A DNA stretch of 20,743 nucleotides, taken from contig NW_014577061.1 of NCBI RefSeq assembly GCF_000485595.1, forward strand, positions 1,264,789 through 1,285,531, in the 5' to 3' direction. The notes under the pieces were generated by a model, which saw only the letters and a list, made by a program, of their open reading frames with translations, did not search any database and had not been told where the DNA came from. Below are positions 19,668 to 20,743 of this stretch, piece by piece. The position numbers and the translations under genes are program-made. The stretch is from Priapulus caudatus. Lineage: Eukaryota. Each line of letters opens with the position of its first letter. The stretch's first letter is position 1.

Positions 19668-20743
19668 CGCTCTCACGTACCTCGCCGACATAGCTCGGCA
19701 GGGTTTCTCGTCTATCATAGTCACTGAGCTAGTAGTTATACACAGCCGTACGATATTCGGTGTGCTATAAGTGTGACAACAAGCAATTATAAAAAAAAAT
19801 ATCATTCCTAATATAACATACAGCGCGGGCGTTTGTGAGACGCAACAAAAAACGCTACATTTGAATTCGCATGATCGATATATATATATCTAGTAATTAC
19901 GTCGTCGTTTTATCACCACAAATAAATTGAACTAGAAACGCCACAATGGTAACCTGTGGTAACGTGGCACGGGTTACCAGTCTGGCGCGAGGTAACCATG
20001 GACGGTTGATTCAGTGGTTGAACTCAGCAGCAAAGACTAATTACGTCATATCGATTGAAAGTGAACTAGCAAGGTGACAGCATCCAATGTACTCCCGTAC
20101 AACAACAAAAATGCATAGTTGAATGATGTATCGAATACGACCGAAATAGAATCAACCCTGTGAATTCTGCGAAGCAAGTACAGCCATCGAGGCAGTCTGC
20201 GTAATGTTCAAAACGACAAGGAAAAAACAAAAAACATTTTATTGTGGGTGTTGTTAAGCGAATGTTGCCGCATAATATCTCAAGTTTGTACAGCACCAGC
20301 AAATTAGAAAGATCAAGTAAAGGCCAATCAAATCGCAAAGATTTTAAAATTTTAAAATGAATTTTTTTTTCAAATGTATGAAAAACTGTAGTAGGCCTAT
20401 CTATTGCGCGTGAGTGTTAACCAAATCGCAAGTCACTTAAACGTAACCGGCTAGGAGACAGTAAACGGCTAGTGGGTTGGATCATCATAGATGATAATGA
20501 GAGTTTGTACCCCGACGTAGCCACAGGCACTTGGAGCGTTTCAATAAAATATAATGCTAAATAAATACGAAATCTATTTACTACCAAAGTCTTACTACTT
20601 CTCTACTCTAGCTCTTTCACCTATTATTGCCGACAATTTCCTGTAAATGCCGTCCAAATGCTCATCTGCAACACACGCTGGCCACCGCACGCTAGCTGCT
20701 GCACACTGACACATAAATATATAGCCTGTATAAACTATATTAT

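Noticed and set aside
19400..19805. His/Thr/Ala-rich ORFs
   Set aside because: Translations of CA/GCAC low-complexity sequence

Overview
Eukaryotic (animal, probably invertebrate; CpG is not depleted) draft-genome window with a 469-N assembly gap at 12830-13298. The only recognisable protein-coding sequence is the last five coding exons of a katanin p80 (KATNB1-type) gene on the + strand (4564-6842; all GT-AG, phases consistent, C-terminal con80 domain). The rest is intronic, UTR or intergenic DNA dense in small non-autonomous mobile elements: a Helentron/DINE-like element (332-1249), a 1.46-kb non-coding LTR element with a 145-bp deletion in one LTR (1418-2878), and four TIR/MITE elements, including one with TGT..ACA ends and a 4-bp TSD and one with a 5-bp TSD. 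There are also two minisatellites with higher-order structure, many microsatellites and two isolated hairpins. The most unusual non-coding signal is a cluster of seven AP-1 heptamers (16786-17907), partly supplied by a MITE and a 62-bp tandem array, upstream of a TATA box at 18370 that has a transposon inserted 15 bp upstream of it. I see no prokaryotic-type system (CRISPR, operon, etc.) and no evidence for a new protein family. Nearly all ORFs in the supplied track are repeat-derived or chance ORFs.
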